DNA of 64,000 nt from Lama guanicoe (taxonomy: Eukaryota). The notes under the pieces are model-generated. The model was given only the letters and a program-made list of their open reading frames with translations, made no database searches and had not been told where the DNA came from. Positions 12,450 to 25,334 of the stretch are shown here, piece after piece; positions within the stretch are counted from its first letter, which is position 1, and each line of letters opens with the position of its first letter. The position numbers and the translations under genes are program-made. The stretch is from the NCBI GenBank assembly GCA_013239625.1, contig MU054323.1, positions 16,372,029-16,436,028 on the forward strand, read 5' to 3'.

Positions 12450-13718
12450 TTTTCATTTTATTCAGCTTTACTGAAGTGTAATCAACAGATAAACTTTTTA
12501 AATATTTAAAGTGTATAATGCAGTGATTTGACATACATATACCTTGTGAAAGGATTCCCACCAATGAGTTAACACATCCATTACCTCATATTTTATCTTA
12601 GCAAGTTTCAAGTATACAATATGGTATTACAACTATAGTCACCATGTTATTATACGTTAGATCCTCAGACCTCATCATATCGCTGAAAGTTTGTGTACCT
12701 TACCAACCTCTCTGTTTCCTCCCAGGGCCCCTGGCAACCAACCACTGCTCTCTGTTTTTGTAAGTTCAACTTTTATTTTAGATTCCACATGTAAGTCACA
12801 CCACTCAGTATTTGTCTTTCTCTGTCTAGCTTATTTCACTTACCATAATGCCCTCTAGGTTCATCCATGTTGTCACAAATGGCAGGATTTCCTTCTCATT
12901 TAAGGCTGAATAATATTACATTGTGTATTTAGATGTGTGTGTGTGTGTGTATCTCATATTTCTTCGTTTATTTTTCTGTTAACAGACACTTTGTTTCCAT
13001 GCCTTAGCTATTGTGAATAATGCTGCAGAGAACATGAGAATACAGATATCTCTTCGAAGTACTGATTTTTTTCCCTTGGGATATAAATATCCAGAAATGG
13101 AATTGCTGGATAATGTGGATAATGTATAGTTGTAGTTTAAGTTTCTTGAGGAAATTCCATACTGTTTTCCATAGTAGCTGTTTAACTTTACATTCCCACC
13201 AGCAGGGTACAAGGGTTCCCTTTTTGCCACTTTCTGGCCAGCATTTGTTATCTCTTGTCTTTTTAGTAATAGCCATCCTAACAGGTATGAGGTGATATTT
13301 CCTTGTGGTTTTGATTTGCATTTCCCTGTTGATGAGTGATGTTGAGCACCTTTTCATGTACTTGTTGGCCATTTGTATGTCTTCTTTGGAAGAATGTCCA
13401 TTTAGATCCTTTGCTCATTTAAAAATTCAGGTTATTTATTGCTATTGAGTTGTATGAGTTCCTTCTATATTTTGGGTATTAGCCCCTACCATATATTGGA
13501 TATATGGTTTGCAAATATTTTCTCTCATTTCTTAGGTTGCTTTTCATTTTGTTGATGGTTTCCTTTGCTGTGCAGAAGCTTTTTAGTTTGATGTGGTCTC
13601 AATTTTTTATTTTTGCTTTTGTTTCCTTTGCTTTTGGTTTCAAATCCAATGTCAAGGAGCTTACCTCCTATGTTTTCTACCCCCTGAGAATTTTAGGATT
13701 TCAGGTCTTCGTTCAAGT
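12450..13718 (-). mobile_element. LINE-1 (L1MA9-like) 3' UTR plus decayed ORF2 C-terminus
   Basis: ORFs 13004-13372 ([31 protein letters not shown]) and 12979-13230 ([20 protein letters not shown]) are frameshifted L1 ORF2 C-terminal pieces. T-rich tail at about 12450; internal (TG)n near 12934-12950. Confidence 0.9.
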
Positions 13719-14347
13719 AGTGACAGATGGGATACTAGGCTTAGACAAGCTCCTTCCAGGAAGATATTGGTGACTTGGTTTAACTGTTAAAGTAAGCTGG
13801 GGGAGGGGAGAAGATGGGGGAAATGTTCAATGTGCAGTCAGACCCCTTCTGGGGAAGACTGAGAGATGGGTGTTTCTGCCTGCTCCCTCTGCACTGAGCC
13901 CTGGGGGGATAACCATGGCAAATACTCCCATGCCAGTTGAGAACTGCTTCTGTGTTTGCTATATTCCTGTGGGTCTCATGAACACAAACCTCACTGACTT
14001 TCAGAGATAGGTAATTTGGAGGCCCAGTCCTCAGGTGGCACCCTTAAAAGCTGAGGGGCTAGCTGTGTGGTTGAAACCCTTCCTTCTTCAGAGAGAAGCC
14101 AGGAGTTGCAAGTTCCTTCCTAGTTGTATGGTGCTTTTTCATACAAAGCTTTATGGCAAAGAGTGTGTCTCAGCATTTCCTACGCATTTCGAAGTGGGCA
14201 TTTTCTCAGTTCCTAATGTGTAAGAGTCACTCAGTTTCTGGGTTTTTCTCAGAGGGACTTGCTCTGTGTGTAGCTGTATATTCAGTGCATTTGTGAGAGG
14301 AAGGAAATTCTGGAGCCTCCTATGTTGCGATTTTGGTCCAGAGTCTC
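13719..14347 (-). mobile_element. LINE-1 5' UTR segment, abutting the ORF2 piece in the same orientation
   Basis: Minus strand begins GAGACTCTGGACCAAAATCGCAACATAGGAGGCTCCAGAA...TACAGCTACAC, a decayed L1 5' terminus with a CAAGATGGCG/YY1-type motif. Confidence 0.65.
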
Positions 14348-14429
14348 AGTTAATTTTTTAAACTACTTCTATTCTTGTGGTGATAAGATATGGCATGGAA
14401 TTTTTTTAAGTGGAAAAAAATGTTTGATA

Positions 14430-15000
14430 GTTTATACGTATTAATCACAGTTATTTTAAAGTGTGATAACTCTAATATCCAGATTACTTGTAGATCATTT
14501 CTATTGTGTTTTTTCCTCTGTTTTTTCAGTCATTTAGTCTGATCGTATGGTTTATCTTCTAAGTTTTGATTGAATGCTAGATGTTATATATGAAAAATTG
14601 GAGTGACAATTTGAAGCTTTAGATAATGTTTTCTTCCATTAGAGAAGATTTAGAATAGAGGCATATCACCTTAATCTAGCATAGGACTGTTATGATTTGG
14701 AAATTTTGGTCTTAGTAAGGGCAAGTCTATTTCCAGTACACCTTCGCTCCTGTGGTACAACCTTTCAGAGATCTTATCTAAAAGCCTAGGTTTATTGGTT
14801 TATCGGTTTATCTGGAATCCTCTCTCTTGGTGAGCTCTGAGGTTCATTTTTGCCTCCTCTTCCCTTGAAATACTGAACGTTCTGCTTAACTTCTCAGCTT
14901 CCCTATGGATGCCTATAAATTAACAAATGTCTTGGGAAAAGAATCACTGATTGTCTGGCTTACCTCAGTGTCCCTCTCTTCTCTCTAGAATCTTGGCTTT
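14430..15000 (-). mobile_element. Ancient L1M/L1ME 5'/ORF1-region fragment
   Basis: ATCACAGTTATTTTAAAG..TGATAACTCTAATATC...TTTCTATTGT is typical of old L1 in antisense. Confidence 0.5.
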
Positions 15001-15089
15001 TCAAGTCCTTCCTGCTTTGGGAGTAGCTCTCTTATCTTTTTTGAACTGTTGCTTTCTTGAATTCTCTTAGCTTGCTTCATTATGTCATT

Positions 15090-15240
15090 ATCAACCCAGT
15101 TATCTAAACTAAGATGTCCAAACTGGGTGTCATCTTCAGTTTCTCCAGCATTGTCTGCATACCATAGCCACTAAATTCTATTTTACCTTCTAAATATTTC
15201 TCTAATCTCTGCACTCCCTTCTAGCTCTGCTACTAGGTTA
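15090..15240 (+). mobile_element. L2 fragment
   Basis: ACCCAGTT...GTCATCTT...TTTACCTTCTAAATATTTCTC. Confidence 0.55.
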
Positions 15241-15627
15241 TTACTTCAATTTAGAGCTCAGAATTACTTTCTTTGAGAAACAATGTCCTAAACAATGGGT
15301 AAATTCTCAGGCAGGCCCATAAGAGTCATATTCTGTTCAAAATGCCATCAAGGCCTGAGATATGCACCCCCATTCCAGGTTATGGGGCCCTTGATCCCTG
15401 AGTTCAGTGTTCACTCTAAGTGTAGAAACCTGTGCTCCAGCCCAAACCTGAACACATAAGCCCAATTGGGCAGATAGAGAAGGAGAAAGAGAGGGATAGG
15501 AGCTAAATGTAGGCCCCAGCAATAGGGGGGTGGTGGTGGGGAAGCTGGCTGAGGAAAGGCAGAAAAAGGATAAGCACTCCGGACTTAGTTCTTCAGAGAG
15601 GATGCTGGGCTAGGGTCTTGAGGTAAA

Positions 15628-15737
15628 ATATATGCAATATTTGGGATATATTTATGCTAAAATTTTTTTCATTGCTTATCTGAAATTCAAATATAATTGG
15701 ATATCCTGTAATTTGTTTGCTAAATCTGTCAACCCAA
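15628..15737. mobile_element. MER53 hAT MITE, one arm only
   Basis: ATGCAATATTTGGGA...TTATCTGAAATTCAAAT...TCCTGTA...TTTGCTAAATCTGTCAACCC. Confidence 0.75.
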
Positions 15738-16787
15738 TACTAGATCAAAAGGGTTAAGATACCAGAGTATGGGATATGTGGAGAGTATCTCTGTAGATAG
15801 ACATAGAGATAGAGATAGCTGGTAAGAAAAGAATTTGTTATTTAGGGGCTGCATTTATCGACCAGTTTGGTGCATAGATATGACCCAAACTGGGTCCTCA
15901 GTTGCTATATTGTAATTTTGAATTTATGTGGGCATCTTGGCTATCCCTTCTTTATGAGGTAATTCTGTCATCTAATAAGTTTTCCCCCAAGTAATCTTTT
16001 TCAGATTTATGCTGAGCAAGAACATCAGTGTAAGTTCAAAAAGCATGCAAGTGGATTGATCTCTGCTATCATAATCTGATGAGCAGAATTCATTTAAATG
16101 GCTCAAGAACCTTTCATGACGACTAATGAATGAATAACTTGGGCTAGATTCTTCCCTAGCAAAATAAACTATCAGCTGAGTTGCTTTTTAATTATATCCA
16201 TGTATGTTTAGGAAATAGAGGGCTGGGCAAACTATTCAGTGATTTCCGAAGGTCTTATCACTCACCACAGCTTTCTGAGCAGCAGAATTAACAAAGGAAG
16301 TGTTGATCAGACCTTAGAGTGAGAACAAACTAATGTCTTGAAAGCCACTTCTGCCAATGTCAGGGACTGTATAAACTATCACCATCACAAAGGGCCAGAG
16401 CTTAATTTACAAGTTAATGCAAATCAGATTTTATTTTTAAGTGTACTTTCAGGAAAACTTGCAGGAATTCCTTTGCGAAATAGAGAATCTTTTTGTAATG
16501 CAAACCACTCCAAATTTGAAGAATGCAATGAGAGAGAATTTCAATGGTCTGCCAAAATCAAGTTAGAATCTGAATCAGGAATTGTGTAGTTGGCCCTTTA
16601 GTGAAGGGACTGACTTATTAAAAAAAAAAAATCAGTGTCATAAGTAGAAACATTTACTAGAAGGCAGCTTCTACTATCAGCAGCTAATGTCTGGCCTGGG
16701 CTAACTTTATCATTATGTTGGAGTGAGGACCCAGGCAATTAATAATTAGCAAATTAATGGCTTCTGTAAGTGACAAGAATTTAGAGT

Positions 16788-16969
16788 CATGATTTTCAAA
16801 ATGTTATTGCATATTGGAATCATTTGTAGAATCTTTAAAAACCCAATGCCGAGGGACTTTTAAAAGTTACACCAATTAAATTGGAACATTGGAGACTGGC
16901 CCTCAAGTATCAGTAGTTTTAACTATTCCCCAGATGGTTCTAATGTGCAGCCAACCTTGAGAACCAGTG
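16788..16969. mobile_element. MER5-family hAT-Charlie MITE
   Basis: TTGGAATCA...CCCCAGATGGTTCTAATGTGCAGCCA..TTGAGAACCAGTG. Confidence 0.7.
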
Positions 16970-18221
16970 GTTTCAAGCAGAGCTGAATCCCTGCTCTTTC
17001 CTGTGATTTCCTTGCTGGTACCTTGAAATCCCCTTAAGCTATTGGATCATGAGCTCACAGGCAGCAGTTTCTACCAGAAAGACCAGTATCCCTGCAGGCG
17101 TTTCTGGGAGAATGCTCTTTCATGGGAAAAAATATTAAATATTAATGGGTAATTTCACATTCAGTAGGGCTTGTTTCCTATTTGTAAGTGATTTTTTAAA
17201 TGAGAAATCAGGGTGGAGATGGGGAGGTGCTAATTCAGGTCACAGGGAGAAGCAGGTTAGCTTTCCCTGGCTTTCAGAGAATATGTAGGGAACTGCTCTT
17301 CTCAGCAGCAGCCGAATCTCATGGAATGAGTAGATGGAGCCGCTTTTCATGAAAGTATATTCCCAAGGATTCCCTTGAAGAATGTAAGAGACCAGCTGGA
17401 CTGAAACTGGATTTTTTAGGATCCTGAGGGAAATGTAAAATCCAGCAGCTATTCTGAAATTAATGCTTCTGAGGAAAGATTGAATTTGGCTATGATGCTA
17501 TCTTTGTACTCTTAAGAAGTACTTAAGAAGACAGAAATTGACTGTGAGTATTCAACTGTCTTCCAGAGGGCTTCTGAGAATGGAGACTCTCCCTGAAGGC
17601 ACTCCATTAATCTGTTAAAAGAAGAACTCATTGTGACACCCCTCCCTTTTGCAAACTGGATTTTCCCCAAAGCCTATTTATAACATTTGTTATGTATTTT
17701 AGATGCATTTCCCTATAAGTAATGCTGTCTTTCCTCTATCACACAGTACTATCTCTTAGAGAACCTAACCTCCATTTATAGCAGGAATGTGGGGCCCATC
17801 ACATATTCTTGCCCTTGCCTTCAGCCTCTGAATTTTTTTGATGAAAAATACTCTTTTCGCCTTAAGGGAAAAGACCATGTTTTATATATCTTCCGTATCC
17901 TTCATGGGTTTCAGAAAACAACACATAGTTCTCAATAATTCGTTGCTTTTCTTGATGTTTCTCAGTTTATATTGGCTGCCAGGATGCTTAAACTCTGAGT
18001 TTAATACAGCTAATGAATGATCTTTTTCTGATACAGTTTGAATTTTGATTATCTTTTAATGGTTTCAGTTTTGTTTGTTTATTATCTGTATTTCAACTTT
18101 TAAAAGATCATAGCATATCAATTTATTAAAAGCAAAATTTTTTTTCAGTTCAGTTGAAACCCCTCTTTTGTATCAAACTATGTTTAATGTCCTATTTATT
18201 TCTAAACTCTATAATTTAAGG

Positions 18222-18499
18222 CAGAGGTTCTTATTCTGGAATACATATATAGACTTTAAGGAGTCTGAACTTCATACACATGTATATAATACTTTATATA
18301 TATAACATAATATATAATACCTTTATAAAGTTATATATAAAATACTATATGTGTGTATATATATACTTTATAATGTATTTATATACATATATTTTGTGTG
18401 TGTGCATTTTTGGAGGGAAAATGCCTCTCTCTTTCATTATTCAAAGGGCTTATGACTCCTCTCTTGCCCACTCTCCTCCCCCAAAGTTAAAAATTACTG
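18222..18499. mobile_element. MER103C-like hAT MITE with an internal TA-rich expansion (about 18275-18395)
   Basis: Ends CAGAGGTTCTTA / GTTAAAAATTACTG; flanks ATTTAAGG and ATTTTAGA (6/8 TSD). Confidence 0.6.
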
Positions 18500-21400
18500 A
18501 TTTTAGAGGCACCTAGAAATAAATATCCAATAATATGAATCCACACAGCTCTGCTCACAATTCTTCCTCCCTAGTTAGTAAACATTATCATTCCTCCCGG
18601 CCTCTCTCAGGAATTATTCTTCTGACCAAGTAAGTAGATGAACGATTATTGTGGATCCAGTTCAAAGAAAGGCATACGTGGCTGGTTTTAAATACTGAAG
18701 GAGGCCCAAGAGGGGAAGGGCCAGCAGGCAAACCCTGCTCTGAATGAGGCTGAAGCAGAGGGAAGGGGCTACCTCAGCCCTTCCCTTCCTGGTTTCCCCA
18801 GGCACAGAGATGCCTGCTGACTGTGCCAGGCTGTGTGTAGAAGTCGGTGGGCAGCAGGGATGCAGGGCCAGAGGTGGCAGAGGGCACCACAGACCTCAAG
18901 GAGCTGGATGTCGAGCCACAGAAATCAAATCTTCCAAGGAGGCACAGCAGCAGCCTGTTCTGTGTGAGAAAGCTGTTACCTGGAGGCCAGGTGGTGTTTT
19001 GCAAGGATGCTCAGTGGACTCTCCTGTGCTGGCTTAGGCTGCACCATCACTTCCTCTGCATCTTGCAGCAGAGAGGCCCAGCTCTGGTCTAAGGGTAAGA
19101 CTTCTGTAAGGCAGCAGGTACACACTGACTTGCTGCTCCTTGTTTCCTTTGGGAGAAACCTGGCTCTTCTACCACCTCTGCCCCCTCACTCTCCTCCCCA
19201 TAGGAGGAGGGGTGACTTATCTGATTGGAGAACTTGGGAGCAACCCCTGAGAATGAGGGGCTCAGCTCTCTCCAATCTCCTTTAGATTTTGGATCAGACT
19301 GCCTCAGACACCATGCTTCCCTGTCTCCTTGGCTCCTCTCTGCTGAGGTTTACCAGGGAAGATTCCCTTGTGGGACACTTGGGGGCTGTTCAGTGCTGCT
19401 GTGGATCAGCTTAATTTAGGGGTACAGTGCTGGCATGTTCATTTGGTCCTTACATCTAAGCTACCGTCTCCAACAGCATTATCAGTAATGAAAGTGAGGT
19501 CTCCATCTGCCTGATTCCTGAGTTTATCTCTTTCTATTGGTTCTGAATATGAGCAGGTAAGAAAGGGATCTTTGTATTAATTCTCTAAAATTCCAATAAT
19601 TACTTTTGAGGGAAAGCTTTAAAAAAACTTGACACCTTCTGATTTCTAAAGGTGGTTAGCAAAGCTGGGTATCAGTTATGCTGGCAGATGATCAGTAAGC
19701 AGGAGTTCTTGGGGAAATAAGGGAATAGAGGTGAAGCAGGCAAAGAACTCGTCACACCATCTCAGCAAAGTCTTTCCATTCCTCTCTCCCCAGCCAGACT
19801 GATTCTGAGAGAAGCTAACCCTAAATTGCCTATACCAATGAACGTCTAACTAGTGTATCCAATTAAGTGGCATTTGATCTCGTGTGATTATGAATATTTT
19901 TTTCATGACTGCTTCAGCAAACCCTGTCTCGGTTCCTTCCTCCTGACTTTTCATCCCACCTTTGGATGAAATCTCATGTAAAAGTCATTATTTGGGGGGT
20001 ATTCTTAGATAGTAATTGGAAAGCCCTCCAACTACACCTAGCCACAAAAATACATCTTATTTGTAATTAAAATGTCCAGATTGTATAATCGCCACAACTA
20101 GAATGGGAGCTCTGCCATCCTCTGCACAGGTTGGCTTTAGTGTGTGTGAACTGGTCTTGAGATGAGTTAAGGCCATGGGACCCAGGGCCACGATCAGAGC
20201 ATGTTTGTAGTATGCAGTAATTAATTGCTTCACGCGTGTGTCAATTATACAAGATTTAGAACAAAGGAAATAGAAGTACGCATGTGCTTAGAGATATTCC
20301 GTAAGCCTAATGAACAAAGAAACTCAGACTGTGCATGTGCTGGCAGAAAAACAGATAAAAGCGGGACAGATGCATCATAGGCACGCACCTCCCTGTGGCA
20401 ATAAAGTGTTGTTAACCCCATGGTGTCTCTGGCTGAAGTCTGTCTGGCGGTATGGCAACTCCTCGTGCATTTTTTCGTTTGGGCCGCTCACCTCCTAGAA
20501 CCCCACATCAGCCTCCCTTGGCTGACAGTGTGGGTACATGTATGAAGTGGGGAGGGGAGAGTCCCTGCCTTCTTCTGTGTTTACTGGGCTTTCTTTGATG
20601 GCCTCAACTGAGGCAGAGGAAGCAGAAGTGAAGAGGATGGATTGGAAAAGTTCTTGCGTGGTGGCCCTTATGTGATCTGGTGTTGTCTCCTCTAGCACTG
20701 GCTTCTTGGGAGATTCTCCTGCGGCATCCCACTAACTGTAGTTTCTAGTAGCCTTTCCAGCTGCAGTCACCACGCCCCTTCCAGAAAGCACTCCTGGGGA
20801 GATCATTTTTAAAATGATGCAAGTCGACAGTTCTACCATAAGTTCCACATCTGGGAGTCATATACCTGCAGCCTGGCTTTTAATCCAAGGAGGCTTCAGC
20901 TGACATTCTCTTACAACTGGAAGCAGAGAGTTGGTGGCTAGTGTGTGAATGCTGGTAGTATAGCTAGCAGGAACTTGGTCCAGGGAGTTGTTGCCAGGGG
21001 CTTGGACAAGGAGGTGGGCAGAAAAAGGGGTGGCCTTGCTCTCTTTCAGCCTACAGTGACCTCTCTTTCCTGCTTCTGTTGCCTTGCCATTGGTTGCCAG
21101 TCTTTTCCTTTGCTTCTCTTAGGCTTTTGCCCTGTCCTTTGCATGGCCACATCATCTGCCCCTGTTCATAGAGTCTTGGCTTCTTCGTGGCACCAGCCTT
21201 TCTGTAATTTTTTTTTCTGGCCCTGTTACATCTCCCTGTTTCACTTGCTATATTGAGAGTGTTTTGGACAACTTTGGGAAATGAATTAAGCAAAAGTTCC
21301 CTGGGCAATCTCTGCATCTGAGGAAGTTGATTGGGATGTCAGGAAGTGTATCCGAGCTTATCTGCAGACATAAGAAGGGATCTTCTGGGCCAAATGAACA

Positions 21401-22499
21401 AGGGCAGGAGCACAGACACCACCAGGCAGATAGGAGAAGAGAGGAGCTGCTCCAGAGAAACAGCGTGGGCCAAGAGTCCTCAGGGTCCAGCAGCCTGCCC
21501 AACTGTCATAAGATTAGAAGAAATTACACAGAGGGAGGAGTTGGCCATCATTAAATTCTGAAGCATTTAAAGGATTCCAAACAAGATAAGTGCAGTGGAT
21601 ATCAACTCAATAATCCCTTCCAGTCCTAGGATTCTGAGAGAACCCATTTCACCAATCCCCTCTGAAAAGCTTCCAAATCACTTGGAAGATAGTGTGTTTT
21701 TTGCCTAAAAAACATTCAATCTTTCCTTATCAGCAAAGTTGTCCTGCCAGCAAAGGTGATACTATGTCTTCCTCTAAAGATGTGTGGGGTTATGGGCCTT
21801 GGAACAGATGTTTGAGGTTTATGACTACCCCTACTCAAGCCTGGTTTCTTTTAAAATAACATCTTTTAGGCGCCTTCTAACATTCACTGACTGCATTTGC
21901 TAATAACCTCTCTGCTTTAACACAGACACTCAACTCCCCTTCCTGTTGGCTAGGTGGTTCCAGGAATGCTTGGATTTTTGTAAAATCCTGGGCTGAATGC
22001 TCTAGTGGTGCCTGGAGAGTTAAGTCTTCCTGAACCTGGTCTTGGTGTGTTTGCCTTGATGAACTCTTCTCATTTCTGGTTAAAAGAGTGGTGCATGTTC
22101 TTTCTCTCCTGGGTTGGATTTCTGGAGCTAAATCAGGTTTGCTGAGGTTAGCATCGCCTCTTCTTCCCCGTGTAAAAGAAAAACGAGGACAGGTGGTTGC
22201 ATAAAAGGGCCCAGTGAGTAAATTTAAAGCACCTGTGAAAACTCAAAGTCAATATTTAAAGTAAAGGAAAAGAGAGTGTACCCAATTGTAGGTCGTTTGA
22301 CTCAGCTGCCTTCGCAGAAATGACCTTGACATCATTGACAGCTGGCTCCTCTAGCGGCTCAGGGTGGGTCACAAAGTTGGGCAGTGCTCTCTGCCAACTC
22401 ATTATTAACAAGATATCCCAGTACTTCCAACAAAATTGCGCTCTTTCTGTTTCTACTTCAAGGAAAATAATGATAATACCGTTTTTACTTTTTAAAGTT

Positions 22500-22690
22500 T
22501 AGCTGTGAGCCTGGCACTGAACTAAATGTTTTATATGGATCATCTTTTTAATCCACACAATAATCCTATGAGGTAACTACTATTACATTCATACCTAGAT
22601 GATCAGACTGAGGCTTAGAGAGGACAATTCATTTGCCCACAGTCATATGATTAGTAATTGACTCAACGTATGGATTTTCTGACCTGCAGT
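22500..22690 (-). mobile_element. MIR SINE
   Basis: AATCCTATGAGGTA...AGATGA..AGACTGAGGCTTAGAGAG...TTGCCCA. Confidence 0.75.
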
Positions 22691-22744
22691 CTTCATCAGT
22701 TGTGGAACGTCTAAATCTGTTTTCTTTTTCCTTCCCGGGTGTTT

Positions 22745-23167
22745 CAGTTATTTATCAACAATGATTTATTATTTCTCACACAGCTATGGGCAGTTCTTCT
22801 GCTCTCAGTGGTGTTGGTCCCATTCAGTGGGAATTCAGCGGGGCAGCTCAGTTATCGTCCACACAACTTTTCTTTGTATGTGGTGTCTCATCCTCCAGGG
22901 CCTCTCCAGGTAGCCTCTTTCCAGCAGGATAGTCTAGACTTCCTCACAGCATGGCAGCTGGGATCCAAGAGGGAGTGTTTGGACAAAAACAAACCTTATT
23001 GTGTAAGTGCCTATGAAGCCTCTGCTTGTGTCTCACTTGCTAAAGCTTCATTGGCCAAGTCAAGTCACTTGATCAAAAGCAGCTTCGATGGGGGAGGGGT
23101 TTTTCAAGGGGGTGAATACCAGGAGGTGTCCTTCAGTGAAGAGACCACAATGGAACAGCCTACCACA
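22745..23167 (-). mobile_element. MaLR solo LTR (older MLT1, G/H-like)
   Basis: ATTTATTATTTCTCAC...CTTCCTCACAGCATGGCAGCTGG...CATTGGCCAA..CAAGTCAC...CTACCACA terminus. Confidence 0.75.
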
Positions 23168-23171
23168 CCAG

Positions 23172-23375
23172 TAATAATAGTAATAGTAATGATAGCTCTC
23201 ATTGAGCACTTACTGTGTCAATATGATTTCTCTTTTATCATCATGGTAATATTATCTGTGATCTTGGTATCTTTATCATTTTACAGGCGAGGAAACGGAG
23301 GCTTAGAGGCTCTAGGTAACCTGATAAGATGACAAGAGTGAATTCAAACACTGGTCATTCTATTTCCAAAGTCCT
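23172..23375 (-). mobile_element. MIR SINE
   Basis: ATTGAGCACTTACTGTGT...CATTTTACAGGCGAGGAAACGGAGGCTTAGAG. Confidence 0.7.
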
Positions 23376-25102
23376 AGTATAATAGATAGAAGTGTAGTAT
23401 GCATAAACATAATTTTTTTTTAAAAAAAGGAAAAGAACGTATTTTTAATGTAACAATGGATCTTGGAATTTGGAAGGGGAAAAGAAAGGTACTAGTCAGC
23501 GGCCTTCCATGCTGCGTGTTATAGTGTGTTTGGGGCCTTCCTGTCCCAAGACTGACTTTCTTACATTTGCAATCATTCTTTCTAATTCTGGCATTTTGAA
23601 TGGAGAACATAGTAAACAAGATTGAGCATAATTAGGCTAATCAAAATGCAAAAAGAATATAAGGCAACTTTTCTTTTAATCAGCCTCTTGTTTTAATCCT
23701 TAGCAAAAAGAGCCAGTCTTTACCCTGGCTGTGTTTTCAGAAGTTCTCCTCTGAACCATTTGGGAAGCAGAGAGCTAGAGAAAGAAGAGGAGTGGATAAA
23801 GCTAGACCCTATAATAATGCAGATTTCAAAACATAGCTTAGATTTTTGGAAAATCCCTTCATGAGCATGAAAAGTGCAACAACTTATGTTCAGATGCTTT
23901 TGCCAGCTGAAAACCACCATGACACTTGAGCGTGGTTTGCAAATGTTCCCTCCTTCCCGACCAGCCTCCAGGGCCGTGTTCCAGGCGATGAACACAGTGT
24001 TTGGCCTGTCTCAGGGCTGAGTGTATGAAGCATGGACATTGTTGGGTGAGCCTGGTTGGGAAGGCAGTTCTTAAAAGCAAGGGAATCATGTGGAAAGATT
24101 AATGGAAACTTATATTAAAATATGATACCTCCAAAAATAATTCCTTGCAAGCAGTAAGAATTAAAGCATTGTGAAACAAACAGAGCTTTCACTATTAACC
24201 TCAGGGAAGAAAAAAAAAAAAGAGTGGCTGGCTCAGTGGAAAATATCGACTGTGATTTTTTTTTTTTCTCTTTTCCATGCTAGATGGCACTAATTGATGG
24301 AAGGGCTTGCTTGGTTGTTTGAGGAGAGGGGGAGCCCAGAGAGGAAGGGATAAAATCAGACCATGTGATTTTTGATATATCATGGGGGGATCCTTACTTT
24401 ATTTTCACCCCTGCGTCTGTCTCATTACTTCACTTTTATTTGGGTCTCAGAGGTAATTTTAATTTTTAGTAGATTGCTTGGCTTTTCTGCATGTAGACAC
24501 TTGAAGGAAAAGCTGAGTAACAGGTCTACAGAATCATTGGGGTGGGTGTTGACAGATCTGACTGACACTTGCATGGCATTTCCCAGTGTCCTTTTCCCAC
24601 ATCCTGCACTCTAGTGGCAGTAGTTTAATGCTACGAAGATCCTGGAAAATAAAAATAGCATTTCTTAACCGATTTCTTTCAAAGTGAAGTCCAAAGAGAA
24701 AGGAGTCATTTTATCTGAGCAAATAACAAATTCTTACAGAAGCTTGTAATCGCTGTCAACTCTCCCTCTCACCCCCCCCGCAAAAATAGACCTTGTGGTG
24801 TGAAATGAGGACAGCAGATGATTCATATGTAAGTGAGTTTATAATTCATTTTAGAAATAAAGCTGAGCCTGTAAAGTACAGTCCAGGAAAAATAAGGAAG
24901 AATGAATAGCTTTAAGGGCACATCAGACTGCTTGGGCCAAAATAAAAATATTTGGTATAACTTAAAATAAGTCTATATTTATTTTTGAAAGGTAATGTGC
25001 AATTAAAGTTCCCTCTGTCTTTGGAATGGTCACTTAAAAATAGTTTTGTAACATTCGTGAAGTGACTTCCAATTAATGGAGGGATTGTATACTTTGATCC
25101 CA

Positions 25103-25265
25103 TCAACAATTCTATGAAGAAGGCTTCTCATGTAATATTGACAGATGACAAAGCAGAGGCTGAGAGATTTTTTTCCCTTTCCAAAGGTCACATGGGTCAT
25201 ACATGATAGAACCAGGACTTGAACTTGGATGTTACGGCTCTAAAGTTCATTCTCTTTCCATTAGA
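25103..25265 (-). mobile_element. MIR-family SINE
   Basis: ACAGATGA..AAGCAGAGGCTGAGAGA...AAGGTCACA...AGAACCAGGACTTGAAC. Confidence 0.65.
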
Positions 25266-25334
25266 TTGTACTACATATCCCTCTACAAGGCTTTGTGACA
25301 GTGGTAGCCATGGGCCCGCTCACTTCTGATCTGG

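Noticed and set aside
12979..13372. ORFs with clear protein similarity
   Set aside because: Frameshifted L1 ORF2 remnants, not host genes.
15628..15737. MER53 as a miRNA hairpin (miR-1302-type source)
   Set aside because: Only one arm of the palindrome remains, so it cannot fold into the hairpin.
22343..22360. CTCF-like CCGCTAGAGGAGC on the minus strand
   Set aside because: One base short in the G-rich core.
22739..23332. 197-aa + strand ORF
   Set aside because: Non-ATG start, runs through an MLT1 LTR and a MIR; no protein similarity recognised.
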